Counted from the first letter of the stretch, positions 47,668 through 58,130 are shown. The stretch is DNA of 64,000 bases from an uncultured Verrucomicrobiae bacterium (GCA_963735805.1 CAVTMK010000001.1:320001-384000), one strand, 5' to 3'. Made by a program: numbers and translations. The notes: generated by a model from the sequence alone, not told the origin.

Positions 47668-49286
47668 TCTTCGAGGTGCACTGAGTTCATGATATGATCG
47701 ATCTCTTTCTTTAACTCAGGATTCGTGTTGAGATTCGAGGTAAAAGTGATCTCTAACAGCTGGCCCTTGTAAGAAGTGGTTAGGAACCGCGTGTAAACTG
47801 GATTATGCGAATAATCCTTTATGCCCTTCCGCATTGGGACGTAACGCCAGTCCGCCCATTTTCGACCATCGATCGTCACGATTTCTTTCTTCAGCCATTC
47901 GAGGTGTGAATCTTTGGGCAACCACTTGAAGCCTTTGCTGTATTCAGCCACACGCATCTTCAGATAGCCCTCAAGTTTGTCCGGCGTCAGGCCATGGGTA
48001 CCGCGCAAGACTTCTCCCCACGCGCCATCCGGACCCGAGAACCTGGCCACAGTCTTTGGCTCTTTCGGATCATCAGGGTCGCGAGAAAAATCAGAGGGAA
48101 TATCGAGCTTGAGCTTGCCATTCAGGAGATTAACTGTCGTGGCCCCCGAAGAGGGACGGTCTTTTGAATCCGCAGGCGACTCTTCGCTGGCCAATTCTGG
48201 ATCGAGCTTCTGGGCGGCCTTAAAGTCGGCCTCAGCACCGTTTGCATCCCCTTTCTCCTTCCTCGCGACAGCGCGATTGTAATAGGCGCGTGCATAGTCC
48301 GGTTTGAGTTCGATTGCGCGTGTATAATCAGCAATTGCGCCTTCCTGGTCGTTATTCTCCGCTCTGGCATTGCCTCGGTTGTTGTAAGCGGCCGGGTTTA
48401 TGGAGCCGAGTTCGATTGCTCGCGTGTAGTCGGCAATAGCACTAACCGTGTCCTTTTTCAGCCGTTTGGCTTGAGCGCGGTTGTAATAAGCGGCGTCATC
48501 CCTCGGATTGAGTTCGATGGTACGATTAAAATCGGCCAAAGCACCATCCAAGTCACCGTTCTTCGCTTTTTCAATGCCACGGTTAACGAGGTCTGCATCC
48601 GACTCTTCGGCAGTTGGTGATGACGCCGGAGACGGCGACTCATGTACGGTTTCCTGAATCTCGACCGCGACCAAGTAGCTGAAACTGATGTCTACCTTCG
48701 CTTCACGAGCACCGAGTCGCATTGGACCGGCAAAATGCGAGAGTAATACTTGGTCGCTTTTGGCGTTCTTGTATCGCCCGAAGCTGATACGCGGATAGGA
48801 ACTGCCTTTCGACCTTTCTTTTGATTCCTCGAAAACAAATTCGTCTCGCTCACCCTCATCCTTCTTACCCAGAAATTTCATGACCGTCGCGCCTTGGTCC
48901 GGAGCGTTTGTAGCTGGCTCACCTTTCAATCGCGCGTCGATCAAACTAACCCAGTTGTTTAATCGCTTCGACGTTTGTGTGTCCACAGGCTTGCCTGTTT
49001 CGCCCCAATCATTCGACCTTAGCCAGGTCTTTCCATCCTTCCGGACAAATTCGCCGTCATCAGTCTGTATTCTTTCCGGACCGCTGTTCGGATAACGATC
49101 GTATTTGAATTCTGCTTTGCCGCCTGGACCAAAATCAAGACTCGCAATCGCCACGAAATGGACCTTGGAATAGAAATCGCGGCTGTACTTCAAGTTCTCC
49201 GCTGCGAATTTTGCGTCTTGCGCCCGCAACGGTGACAGAACGAGGACTAAAGTCGCAACCAGACCCGATAACTGGAGGGTTTTCAG
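47664..49286 (-). CDS. Secreted multidomain TPR protein; probable CTG start
   Basis: Four AYYNR-type TPRs; in-frame upstream extension (L)KTLQLSGLVATLVLVLSPLRA/QD reads as a signal peptide. Confidence 0.82.
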   Translation of the reverse strand: MKTLQLSGLVATLVLVLSPLRAQDAKFAAENLKYSRDFYSKVHFVAIASLDFGPGGKAEFKYDRYPNSGPERIQTDDGEFVRKDGKTWLRSNDWGETGKPVDTQTSKRLNNWVSLIDARLKGEPATNAPDQGATVMKFLGKKDEGERDEFVFEESKERSKGSSYPRISFGRYKNAKSDQVLLSHFAGPMRLGAREAKVDISFSYLVAVEIQETVHESPSPASSPTAEESDADLVNRGIEKAKNGDLDGALADFNRTIELNPRDDAAYYNRAQAKRLKKDTVSAIADYTRAIELGSINPAAYNNRGNARAENNDQEGAIADYTRAIELKPDYARAYYNRAVARKEKGDANGAEADFKAAQKLDPELASEESPADSKDRPSSGATTVNLLNGKLKLDIPSDFSRDPDDPKEPKTVARFSGPDGAWGEVLRGTHGLTPDKLEGYLKMRVAEYSKGFKWLPKDSHLEWLKKEIVTIDGRKWADWRYVPMRKGIKDYSHNPVYTRFLTTSYKGQLLEITFTSNLNTNPELKKEIDHIMNSVHLEE

Positions 49287-49346
49287 AGGGCCAGATTAAG
49301 AAATTCAGGCGTGCAATGTCAATCGCTCGATCGTTAGGATTAAAAC

Positions 49347-49943
49347 ATGAACTGGTGTCGAATTGCGATCGTGACGAAATGCATCTTGCTGTTCACGTCT
49401 GCATACGCGGCAAATCCATTTCTCAATGCGCAAGATGACAAGCCGGTGTCCGCCAAATTTCGCGGCACCGAGTGGGGCGACGAGATTCAACAGAACGATA
49501 TCCCGCTCAGTGCGCGAGTCGTTACGACGCGTGTTGCCAAGATGCCGTGGGGCGCGATTTTCAAAATCGAATTTACCGATCTCAAATCAAACGCACCGCA
49601 GAAGCGCGAAATCCGGCCTGATTATTTCATCGTCACAGACGACCGAATCGCTCTATTGAACGAGGAAGACAACGAGGCCGCGGTTAAGAAAATTTCAGCG
49701 CTGGATAAACCGCCGGAGTTCGAGTCGAGCGACATCTACGGAATTACCACCGGCAAATTCAGCCACGAAGATGGCTCATGGAAAACAACAATCGGAGTAA
49801 AAGGCAATCTATCCATTTACGATTCGAGCCATCCCTCGGGTCATTTTAAGAAGATCATTTGGAAAAAGGGAGTTGGATTGGTGGAGTATGCGAGCGGTTA
49901 CGGCGCGCATGCTGACGGTTTCCGTCTGCAACGCGAGAAATAA
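49347..49943 (+). CDS. Secreted hypothetical protein
   Basis: Signal peptide AYA/A; WKKGVGLV (DUF3108-like terminal motif). Confidence 0.75.
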   Translation: MNWCRIAIVTKCILLFTSAYAANPFLNAQDDKPVSAKFRGTEWGDEIQQNDIPLSARVVTTRVAKMPWGAIFKIEFTDLKSNAPQKREIRPDYFIVTDDRIALLNEEDNEAAVKKISALDKPPEFESSDIYGITTGKFSHEDGSWKTTIGVKGNLSIYDSSHPSGHFKKIIWKKGVGLVEYASGYGAHADGFRLQREK

Positions 49944-50023
49944 ATGGTCGTGTTCTCGACCGATCCGGTTGGCTGCTAAAAAGGCTTGGCTGCGACAGAG
50001 ACAACAGCGATGGACAAGGTGAA

Positions 50024-51871
50024 ATGGATCTGGCCCTGACGTTAAAGAAACATTTCGGCTATGATCAATTCCGGCCGTTGCAACGAGAAATCATTACCGA
50101 CGCGCTCACAGGTCACGATCTGTTTGTGCTGATGCCCACCGGCGGCGGGAAATCGCTCTGTTTTCAATTGCCAGCTTTGATACACGAGGGTCTGACCATT
50201 GTGGTTTCGCCACTCATTTCGCTCATGAAAGATCAGGTGGACGCGCTACAAACCAGTGGGATCCCAGCTACCTACTTGAATTCGACACTGGACCGAAAGG
50301 ACGCAGCCATGCGGTGGCGCGGACTGCATCGTGGGGAGTACCGGATGCTCTATGTCGCACCCGAGCGACTGATGCTCCACACGTTTCTGGAACGAGCAGT
50401 GAACTGGAACATCGCGCAGGTTGCCATCGACGAAGCACATTGCATCAGCGAATGGGGCCACGATTTCCGGCCGGAATATCGCGAGCTCAAGAAATTGCGA
50501 ACGCATTTTCCGGACGTGCCAATGATGGCGCTGACTGCGACGGCTACCGGGCGGGTGCGGGACGATATCGTAAAGCAACTGAAGCTGCGTGAGCCGCGTT
50601 CTTACGTCGCCAGCTTTAACCGGCCAAATCTTACTTATCGAATAATCCCAAAAACAGCACCCTACGATCAACTACTCGAATTCATTCGCAGCCGGCCTAA
50701 CGACAGCGGGATCGTTTATTGTGCGAGCCGAAAAAGCGCCGATTCACTGGCGCGGAATCTCAGTGAAGACGGTTTAGCCGCGAAGCCGTACCACGCCGGC
50801 CTAACGAGTTCAGAGCGCACGAAAAATCAGGAAGCATTTCTGCGCGATGACGTTCGAGTGGTCACTGCGACGATCGCGTTCGGAATGGGAATCAATAAGC
50901 CGAACGTTCGCTTCGTCGTGCACCACGATCTTCCGAAAAACCTGGAGAGTTATTATCAAGAGACCGGGCGCGCCGGCCGCGACGGGTTGCCCGGCGAATG
51001 CATACTGCTCTTCAGTGCGAGCGATGTCGCCAAGCAGCTCCATTTCATCGATGAAAAGAGCGAGGCCGAAGCGCGCATTGCCCGGACACAGCTCCAACAA
51101 ATGGTGCATTTCGCCGAGACACGCGAATGCCGCCGCGCGACCCTGTTGCAATATTTCGGTGAGCAATATCCAGAGACGTCGTGCGAAAGCTGCGATAATT
51201 GCCTGACGCCACGCGAAACGTTTGATGGCACAATTCCGGCGCAGAAGTTTCTCTCCTGTGTTCATCGCATCCACGCGAAAAGCGGATTCGGATTTGGTTT
51301 GAATCATGTGGTCGATATTTTGCGTGGCGCAGACACAGAGGCCATCCGGCAACGAAGCCACAACGAGTTGTCTACTTACGGGATTGGTCGCGAATTGAAA
51401 CGGGATGCCTGGCAGGCCATCGGGCGGGAACTGCTACGCCTCGGGTTCGTCGAATGCGCACCTGGAAAGTTCGCGACCTTAAGGCTCGCGACGGCAGGCC
51501 GCGACGCCCTGCGCCGGCGCACAATGATCACGCTCACAAAGCAGATTGAAGTTGTCTCGCAGGCGCGGGAGCAAAAGCTACGCACTGGCGCGATTGAATG
51601 CGACGAAGTGTTGTTCGAGCGTCTGCGCGGCTTGCGGCGAAAACTGGCTGACGAACGCAGTGTGCCCGCTTACGTAATCTTCTCCGATGTCTCGCTTCGT
51701 GAAATGGCAAAAAATTATCCGACAACTACCGTCGAGTTTCGGCGAATTCCCGGCGTCGGAGAGAAAAAGCTGAAGGATTTTGCCGACGCATTTCTCAACG
51801 AAATCAAAAACTACCTCGCCAAAAGCGGTTTCAATGTTGTTTGTGATCGCCCTCAACCTTCATATAGGTGA
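50024..51871 (+). CDS. recQ: ATP-dependent DNA helicase RecQ
   Basis: MPTGGGKSLC, DEAHCISEWGHDFRP, QETGRAGRDG, RQC Zn motif and HRDC. Confidence 0.97.
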   Translation: MDLALTLKKHFGYDQFRPLQREIITDALTGHDLFVLMPTGGGKSLCFQLPALIHEGLTIVVSPLISLMKDQVDALQTSGIPATYLNSTLDRKDAAMRWRGLHRGEYRMLYVAPERLMLHTFLERAVNWNIAQVAIDEAHCISEWGHDFRPEYRELKKLRTHFPDVPMMALTATATGRVRDDIVKQLKLREPRSYVASFNRPNLTYRIIPKTAPYDQLLEFIRSRPNDSGIVYCASRKSADSLARNLSEDGLAAKPYHAGLTSSERTKNQEAFLRDDVRVVTATIAFGMGINKPNVRFVVHHDLPKNLESYYQETGRAGRDGLPGECILLFSASDVAKQLHFIDEKSEAEARIARTQLQQMVHFAETRECRRATLLQYFGEQYPETSCESCDNCLTPRETFDGTIPAQKFLSCVHRIHAKSGFGFGLNHVVDILRGADTEAIRQRSHNELSTYGIGRELKRDAWQAIGRELLRLGFVECAPGKFATLRLATAGRDALRRRTMITLTKQIEVVSQAREQKLRTGAIECDEVLFERLRGLRRKLADERSVPAYVIFSDVSLREMAKNYPTTTVEFRRIPGVGEKKLKDFADAFLNEIKNYLAKSGFNVVCDRPQPSYR

Positions 51872-52385
51872 ACGATTTGAGCACTTCGTTGAGTGCCGTA
51901 AAATTCTTGCGATAGCTTACTTCGTCTCGTGCCGAGAATACGATGTAAGCGACTGCCTTGGGCAATTGAACGTAAGCGACCCTTTCCCACTGGGAATACG
52001 ATTTGGTGGCCGGGTATTCGTTGATGAAATACGGCTGGCCGTCGCCCGTTTTTCCGGAGTCGACTTTCTCTTTGGGTTTGCCATGCACTTTTTCCATTTG
52101 CTGAACAGACATGGCGACAAACTTTCCGACATCCTCGTAATCCGTGCCCGCGATCTTGGCGTACATGATTGCGTTCGCATCAGCCCAGGTCGACCCTTTC
52201 GGATAAAGAACGCACGGCAATCCCTGCTCGGCTCCGGCCCTGTTATCGAGAACCCACCCTTGCGGAGCATCGATCTTAAAGGCGGCCTTCGGGCCGTAAA
52301 CAACTCCACCCGGATACGTCTCCTGGGCCAAACCGCTGGCGCAAAGAACAACTGACACAATGCAGACAGGGAAAATTGTTTTCAT
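51831..52385 (-). CDS. Secreted hypothetical protein
   Basis: Signal peptide GLA/Q; FKIDAPQGW. Confidence 0.75.
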   Translation of the reverse strand: MKTIFPVCIVSVVLCASGLAQETYPGGVVYGPKAAFKIDAPQGWVLDNRAGAEQGLPCVLYPKGSTWADANAIMYAKIAGTDYEDVGKFVAMSVQQMEKVHGKPKEKVDSGKTGDGQPYFINEYPATKSYSQWERVAYVQLPKAVAYIVFSARDEVSYRKNFTALNEVLKSFTYMKVEGDHKQH

Positions 52386-52478
52386 ATTCTGCGAACAGTT
52401 TGAGGCGCTCCACGTGTGAAATCGATTCTTTTTCTCTCGACAATTTATCAATCTTCTGGCGAGAAATTAAGCGGGCCC

Positions 52479-53285
52479 GTGCAATTCTTACTTAATCTAC
52501 CGCCGCCGGTTTCATTCTTCATCGTTTCGGCGATTACGACCTTCTTTGCACTCGCGGGCCTTTATCTCGTGCGAAAGAAATATCCGGCGGAAGTCCTAAA
52601 GGAGAATCACGAAGTAGCTGCGATCATCTTCAATGCCTTTGGCCTTTTTTACGGCGTGCTGCTGGCGTTTGTGGTTTTTGTAACATGGGGCGGATACGAC
52701 GACGCCACAAAGAACCTCCAACTGGAGGCAAATGAGGTCGCTGACATTTTTCACATTACACAAGTATTTCCCGACCCCGCGGGTGAAGTGATACGGCAAA
52801 CACTGCAGGATTATGTTACTTCGGTTTATAATGATGAACTGAAAAGAATGGCGCAGGGCGAGATAAGCCTCCATTCCAACGAGGCAATACTAAAGTTGAT
52901 TACAGTGTTCTATCACGTGGATGAGAAGTCGGTCCCCAACAGAGAGATCTACGCCGAAGCATTAAAGCGGTTAAACAACCTGGCTGAGTACCGTCGACTA
53001 AGAATATTTGCGGGGAACGATACCGTACCGGGCGCTGTCTGGTTGGTACTACTTGTTGGCAGCGTGATCAGTATTTCGTACACCTACTTCTTCGGAATGA
53101 AGAACATCAGGGCGCAATACTTGATTGCGGGGTCGCTTACGGTAACGATCACGATGATTCTATTTTTGATATACGTTCTCGACCACCCCTTTACCGGAAC
53201 AAGCAGGGTGAGCTCCGACCCTTTGAAACAGGTCATGATGATACTGAAGAAGGATGGCCGCGTGCAGCCTTCGTCGATTCCTTAG
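52479..53285 (+). CDS. DUF4239 (bestrophin-like) membrane protein
   Basis: YGVLLAFVV, EANE, RRLR and LDHPFTG motifs. Confidence 0.85.
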   Translation: MQFLLNLPPPVSFFIVSAITTFFALAGLYLVRKKYPAEVLKENHEVAAIIFNAFGLFYGVLLAFVVFVTWGGYDDATKNLQLEANEVADIFHITQVFPDPAGEVIRQTLQDYVTSVYNDELKRMAQGEISLHSNEAILKLITVFYHVDEKSVPNREIYAEALKRLNNLAEYRRLRIFAGNDTVPGAVWLVLLVGSVISISYTYFFGMKNIRAQYLIAGSLTVTITMILFLIYVLDHPFTGTSRVSSDPLKQVMMILKKDGRVQPSSIP

Positions 53286-53467
53286 CGTCGCTTCTTTTTA
53301 GGCAATCCCTTGCGCTTCGTTTTTGCAAACTCGCGCAGCTGCGTCCTGCTCATCGACTTGTACATTCCACGCGAAGCACCTTTAAGCGATGACTTCGAGC
53401 GTTTCCCGCGCTTGGCAGCGAGAGCGGCGCCGGCGGCCATTTGTTGTTTCTTTGATTTTGCCGGCAT
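53282..53467 (-). CDS. DUF3008 family small basic protein
   Basis: MPAKSKKQQMAAGAALAAKRG...LKGAS..MY.SM. Confidence 0.85.
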   Translation of the reverse strand: MPAKSKKQQMAAGAALAAKRGKRSKSSLKGASRGMYKSMSRTQLREFAKTKRKGLPKKKRR

Positions 53468-53520
53468 ACAAACAGGTTTCGTATCTCAAACGCGAAATGG
53501 ATTTGTGAGAACGGAGATGA

Positions 53521-54042
53521 ATGAATAAGCGGTTGCAACGAGCGCTCTGGAAGTGTCCTCAATGCAAGCGACAATTCGCAAACCGGAATCAATCGCACTT
53601 TTGTGGAAAACATGATCTGGAGAGGCACTTTGGAGGTAAGGCGAAGGAAATTCGCGACATCTATCGGGCTGTGCTTAGAGCTATTCGGCAATGCGGACCA
53701 GTAAGAGTACTGCCGGAAAAGACTCGAATTGCATTTCAGGTCCGAATGTCTTTCGCGCAGTTGACCCCTCGTTCAAAATGGGTTGACGGGCATGTGGTTT
53801 TGGCGCGGAGACTTGAGCAACCGCGGTTTCGAAAGATTGAGACGATTTCGCCTAGGAATCACGTGCATCATTTTCGGTTGACGTCGGCAACGGAGGTGGA
53901 TGAGCAGGTCTTAAGATGGCTGCAGGCAGCTTATGCGGTCGGAGAACAACGCCATCTGCGGGCAGACCGGTCAAATCTCACGCAACTGCCGCGGCGCGTC
54001 CGCCCCAAAAGAAATAAACCGGCACACCGGTTAAGACGATGA
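53521..54042 (+). CDS. DUF5655-like protein with an N-terminal CxxC
   Basis: WKCPQC...QSHFC, KTRIAF and WLQAAY motifs. Confidence 0.8.
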   Translation: MNKRLQRALWKCPQCKRQFANRNQSHFCGKHDLERHFGGKAKEIRDIYRAVLRAIRQCGPVRVLPEKTRIAFQVRMSFAQLTPRSKWVDGHVVLARRLEQPRFRKIETISPRNHVHHFRLTSATEVDEQVLRWLQAAYAVGEQRHLRADRSNLTQLPRRVRPKRNKPAHRLRR

Positions 54043-55480
54043 GAATCCCGATTCCCGAAGTTGCGGGCGCCAGAAAACCCAGATCGACAACCAACAATCC
54101 GGCAAGCAGAATCGAGATAACCGGCACGACCGGATAACCCCAGGTGCGGTATGGACGATCAGCATTGGGTTTTGTGCGTCGCAAAACCATTAAGGCAACG
54201 ACCATCAGAATGTAAAAAAGCAAGTCCGCCGACACAATGTATTCGAGCAGTTGATTGTACACATTTCCATAAACGACCCGATGCGTCGTGGGATCCTGCG
54301 TCACTGTGCGCGGCAGAGTCAGAAGCACGGTCCAGATTGCCTGCGCGACCAGCGCCGCCGCTGGAACGTGAAAGCGATTGGTGGTTCCGATTCTTTCGAA
54401 GAACAAGCGGTCGCGCGCCATTGCGTAGTAAACGCGAGCTCCGGAAAGAATCAGGCCGTTGTTGCAGCCAAAAGTAGAGATCATGATTGCTGCTGCCATG
54501 CACATCGCACCGAGGCGACCGAAAATTGCATTCATCATGGCTACAGCGACCCGATTGTGAGGCGCGTGCTCGATTTCCGAGAACGGCAACACGCCGACAT
54601 AAGCAAGATTGGCCAGCACATAGAGGACGACAACGATGCCGCAGCCCACGACAAGCGCGCGCACAAGATTCTTTCCCGGGTCGCGTATTTCGCTGGCGAT
54701 AAATGTCACATTTGTCCACGCGGTTTGCGCGAAGAGCGGGCCGACCATTGATTTTCCAAACAGCAACGCGAGAGCGAGGCCGCCGGCGATCGTGAAGCCG
54801 GGTTGCGCGATTTGGGGGCTCCACCCATTCGCCCATGAGTTCCACCATGCCGAGTTCAACGCCGCAGAGTTGGCATTCCAGCCTAACGACAGGCCGATCA
54901 CGATCACGGCGGCGAGCGCGGCTGTTTTTGCGAACGTGAATGTGTTCTGCACGATTTTCCCGATTTCAAGTCCGCCCGTGTTGATCCACGTCAGCAATGT
55001 GATCAAGCCAACGGCGACTAATTGCTCGGTGGAAAGACTGATCGCATAGCCGCCGATTGAAATTGGCGCCACCAAATAATTGTCCGGCGATACCCCGGCG
55101 ACGAAGACGCCGAGAAATTTTGCAAATGCAATCGCCACCGCGGCGATCGTCCCGGTCTGAATCACCAGAAACAAAGTCCAGCCGTACAAGAACCCGATCG
55201 ATTTTCCGTACGCCTCGCGTAAGAAGACGTAAACGCCGCCCGCGCGCGGCATCATGGTCGCCAGCTCCGAGCAACAAAGCGCTCCGGTAATCGTTAGCAA
55301 ACCGGCAACAGCCCATGCCAGAAGGAGCCAGCCCGGCGCGCCGCTCAACCGTGAGGATTCTGCTGAAGTGATAAAAATCCCTGAGCCGATCATCGATCCC
55401 ATCACGATCATGGTGGCGTCGATCGGTCCGAGCGCCCGAACGAGACCAGATTGCCGTCGGTTATCGCTCTCTTCCGTCAC
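53978..55480 (-). CDS. APC amino acid permease
   Basis: GSMIGSGIF, AGGVYVFLREAY and RVYYAMARD motifs. Confidence 0.93.
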   Translation of the reverse strand: MTEESDNRRQSGLVRALGPIDATMIVMGSMIGSGIFITSAESSRLSGAPGWLLLAWAVAGLLTITGALCCSELATMMPRAGGVYVFLREAYGKSIGFLYGWTLFLVIQTGTIAAVAIAFAKFLGVFVAGVSPDNYLVAPISIGGYAISLSTEQLVAVGLITLLTWINTGGLEIGKIVQNTFTFAKTAALAAVIVIGLSLGWNANSAALNSAWWNSWANGWSPQIAQPGFTIAGGLALALLFGKSMVGPLFAQTAWTNVTFIASEIRDPGKNLVRALVVGCGIVVVLYVLANLAYVGVLPFSEIEHAPHNRVAVAMMNAIFGRLGAMCMAAAIMISTFGCNNGLILSGARVYYAMARDRLFFERIGTTNRFHVPAAALVAQAIWTVLLTLPRTVTQDPTTHRVVYGNVYNQLLEYIVSADLLFYILMVVALMVLRRTKPNADRPYRTWGYPVVPVISILLAGLLVVDLGFLAPATSGIGILIVLTGVPVYFFWGGRAAAVA

Positions 55481-56232
55481 AACAAATGCTGCGGTGCACC
55501 GATCCTGACCCCGTCGTGTTCCAACCGCTTTCGCAATTCACGCGCGAACTCAACGGCGCCGGGTGTATCGCCATGCACGCAAATTGTCTCACCGCGCACC
55601 TCGACGTCACGGCCGTCAACCGAGCGCACCTTGCCTTCGCGCAACATTCGAAGCACACGCTCGGCAGCTTCTTTTGGATCATGAAGCAACGCATCGGGCC
55701 GCGTGCGCGGAACGAGCCAGCCGTCATTCAGGTAATTGCGATCGGCGAAAATTTCGCGCGCGATTTGCAATCCATGCGCTTCGCCGCCACGGGCAAGCTC
55801 GCTCTTTTCCGGCGCGAACAGAATTAACTTCGGATCGACCGATTCGATAGCCCGCGCGATCGCGTCAGCCAGTTCGATATTCCAGACGGCCATGTTATAA
55901 AGGGCGCCGTGTGGTTTGACATGGTTTGGTCGCGCGCTCACGGCAGAGGCGATCGCTTGAAAAACTCCGAGCTGATAAGCCACGGCGTCGAACACTTCCT
56001 GGTTACTCACCTCTAGTTCCTTGCGTCCGAAATTCTCGCGATCGAAAAAGCTTGGATGCGCTCCGACCGCGACTCCATGTTTTTTTGCCTGAGAGACAGC
56101 AGCGTGCATCGTATCCGAATCGCCAGCGTGAAATCCGGTCGCGATATTTGCCGAGCTGATGAGCTCAAATAATTCGTCATCGTGGCCTGAGCCCTCACCG
56201 AGATCGGCATTGAGATCGACGATTAGCTTCAT
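55477..56232 (-). CDS. pxpA: 5-oxoprolinase subunit A (LamB/YcsF)
   Basis: DLNADLGE, HVKPHGALYN and TICVHGD motifs. Confidence 0.95.
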   Translation of the reverse strand: MKLIVDLNADLGEGSGHDDELFELISSANIATGFHAGDSDTMHAAVSQAKKHGVAVGAHPSFFDRENFGRKELEVSNQEVFDAVAYQLGVFQAIASAVSARPNHVKPHGALYNMAVWNIELADAIARAIESVDPKLILFAPEKSELARGGEAHGLQIAREIFADRNYLNDGWLVPRTRPDALLHDPKEAAERVLRMLREGKVRSVDGRDVEVRGETICVHGDTPGAVEFARELRKRLEHDGVRIGAPQHLL

Positions 56233-57197
56233 GAGGTATGTAAACTGAGTCCCACGCGAAAGAGTTCCAGTTGTCGCTCGCGCTCGAGTAAAAGCCGCTG
56301 CGCATCAGCTATCGAGGCTTCGGAAAAACGGACGTAATCGCCTGCGCGAAGTTGCGCTGCAAAGCCAAGGTCAACGGTGATCACATGCGCTATTTTCGGA
56401 TAACCGCCAATGGTTTGGCAATCTCCCAAAAGTAAAATCGGCTTTCCGCCAGGTGGAACCTGAATTGTGCCAGGTGCCACTGCTTCAGAGATTAGATCGC
56501 GCTCATCGACTCGGTTCAGCTCTGGACCCTCAAGGCGCACGCCCATGCGATCGGAATCCGTTGATACGGCGAACGCTTCACTCGTTAGGCGCTGCAGCGA
56601 TGAAGCGTCAAAGCGGCTCCAGTCTACGCCGCGGACAAAACGCAAAATGGGATCACGTCTCGCGGGGCTCACCCAATCATACGGCGCCGTCCACGAGGAG
56701 ATACCCGTAACCGGGGTTGGTGACCTCAGTCCCAAACCGAGCGGAAGAACATCGCCATCACGCAATGCGCGTCCTTCAAATCCGCCAAAATTCGCTCGCA
56801 AGTCAGTGGAGCGACTTTTGAGAACAGGCTCAACATGGATCCCGCCGGAAATTGATAGCCAGGATCGACAACCGGTCTTGGGCGCACCGAATTTCAACTT
56901 TTCGCCTGACCCAACCAAACAAGCGTGGCCGGCTGGCAATAACGTCGATCCAACCCGCACGTCGAATTCGCCACCGCACCACGCAACGACCTGTTCGTCT
57001 TCAAAGCGCAACTGTAAACCACCCAGCGTAATCTCCAGTCCCGCCGCGCCCTCATCGTTGGCGACCAGCAGATTCGCCACGCGCAACCCGAAGCAATCAA
57101 GTGCGCCGCCTGACGAAACGCCAAACTCGCGAAAGCCTGTGCGACCAAGGTCCTGCACGCTGGTAAGAAATCCCCCGCGCTCAACAATCAGATTCAT
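56229..57197 (-). CDS. pxpC: 5-oxoprolinase subunit C (KipA/AHS2)
   Basis: VQDLGR, SDRMG and QTIGGYPKI motifs. Confidence 0.93.
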   Translation of the reverse strand: MNLIVERGGFLTSVQDLGRTGFREFGVSSGGALDCFGLRVANLLVANDEGAAGLEITLGGLQLRFEDEQVVAWCGGEFDVRVGSTLLPAGHACLVGSGEKLKFGAPKTGCRSWLSISGGIHVEPVLKSRSTDLRANFGGFEGRALRDGDVLPLGLGLRSPTPVTGISSWTAPYDWVSPARRDPILRFVRGVDWSRFDASSLQRLTSEAFAVSTDSDRMGVRLEGPELNRVDERDLISEAVAPGTIQVPPGGKPILLLGDCQTIGGYPKIAHVITVDLGFAAQLRAGDYVRFSEASIADAQRLLLERERQLELFRVGLSLHTS

Positions 57198-57206
57198 GTC
57201 TGTCGC

Positions 57207-57923
57207 CTAACGTTTCAATGATTCAAATTCGTCACGCGTAATCTCTCGGAAGCGCACACGCTCACCTGCGCGCAAAAATACGGGCGGATTTTTTTCGGGA
57301 TCGAACAAACGCAACGGCGTGCGACCGATCAGGTTCCAGCCGCCCGGCGAACGCAGCGGGTAAATTCCCGTTTGTGCGCCGCCAATCCCGACAGAACCTG
57401 GCGGAATCTCTTTTCGAGGTACGCCTCGACGCGGGGTAGCCAGTTTCTTCGGAAGGCCGGCCAAAAACGGAAATCCAGGAACAAAACCTATGCAGGCGAC
57501 GCGATACTCAGCAGCGCTGTGAAGACATATGACTTCGCTCGGCGAAAGTTCTGCAGTCTGCGCGACATGATCGAGATCCACAGCAAATTCTGGATCGTAA
57601 GACACAGGAATTTCAACAATTCGCGACGCTGATCGCATCTTGTGGCCGGGGTCAGCGACCCCGGCTACGGCAGCGCGAATGCGCGTCGCTAACCATTCGA
57701 ATACGTTGCCCGACGTTTCAGTCGCTTTGGCGACGACAATTGGGTCGAAAAAAACTGCGACACTAGTGTAAGCTGGCGCGAGCTCAATCACTCCGGGGAT
57801 CGCAGCGCCTTGAAGTTGCCGAAACACGCGGAGGACCTTGTCCAACGTCTCGTCAGGCTCGTCATCGAATCGCTCGCGCACACGGACGATCAGCGCGCAA
57901 TCACCGATGGGAACAATTTCCAT
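57207..57923 (-). CDS. pxpB: 5-oxoprolinase subunit B (KipI/AHS1)
   Basis: PAYTS, GFVPGFPFL and SPGGWNLIGRT motifs. Confidence 0.93.
   Translation of the reverse strand: MEIVPIGDCALIVRVRERFDDEPDETLDKVLRVFRQLQGAAIPGVIELAPAYTSVAVFFDPIVVAKATETSGNVFEWLATRIRAAVAGVADPGHKMRSASRIVEIPVSYDPEFAVDLDHVAQTAELSPSEVICLHSAAEYRVACIGFVPGFPFLAGLPKKLATPRRGVPRKEIPPGSVGIGGAQTGIYPLRSPGGWNLIGRTPLRLFDPEKNPPVFLRAGERVRFREITRDEFESLKR
57642..57668. repeat. GTAG REP in frame within pxpB
   Basis: GTGGCCGGGGTC-AGC-GACCCCGGCTAC palindrome, encoding VAGVADPGH. Confidence 0.8.
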
Positions 57924-57986
57924 GGCAGGATGATATTTACGCGGAGGGCGATGTCGATCATCGCACGTGGCCTCGAGTGTGCGCGA

Positions 57987-58125
57987 GGTGGAACGCGTTG
58001 TCCTCAACGCGCTGGCAATGAAGCGAGGACGCGCCGCAAAAACCCCTGGCTGCCACGGTTTCGGTGCATCATTCTCGCGCCTTCCGCGGCTGATCAGGCA
58101 CCGTCTTCAGAGAAGCCTATCCACC
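57987..58125. repeat. GTGG-headed REP-like doublet
   Basis: GGTGGAACGCGTTGTCCTCAACGCG ... CTATCCACC. Confidence 0.7.
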
Positions 58126-58130
58126 ACGAA

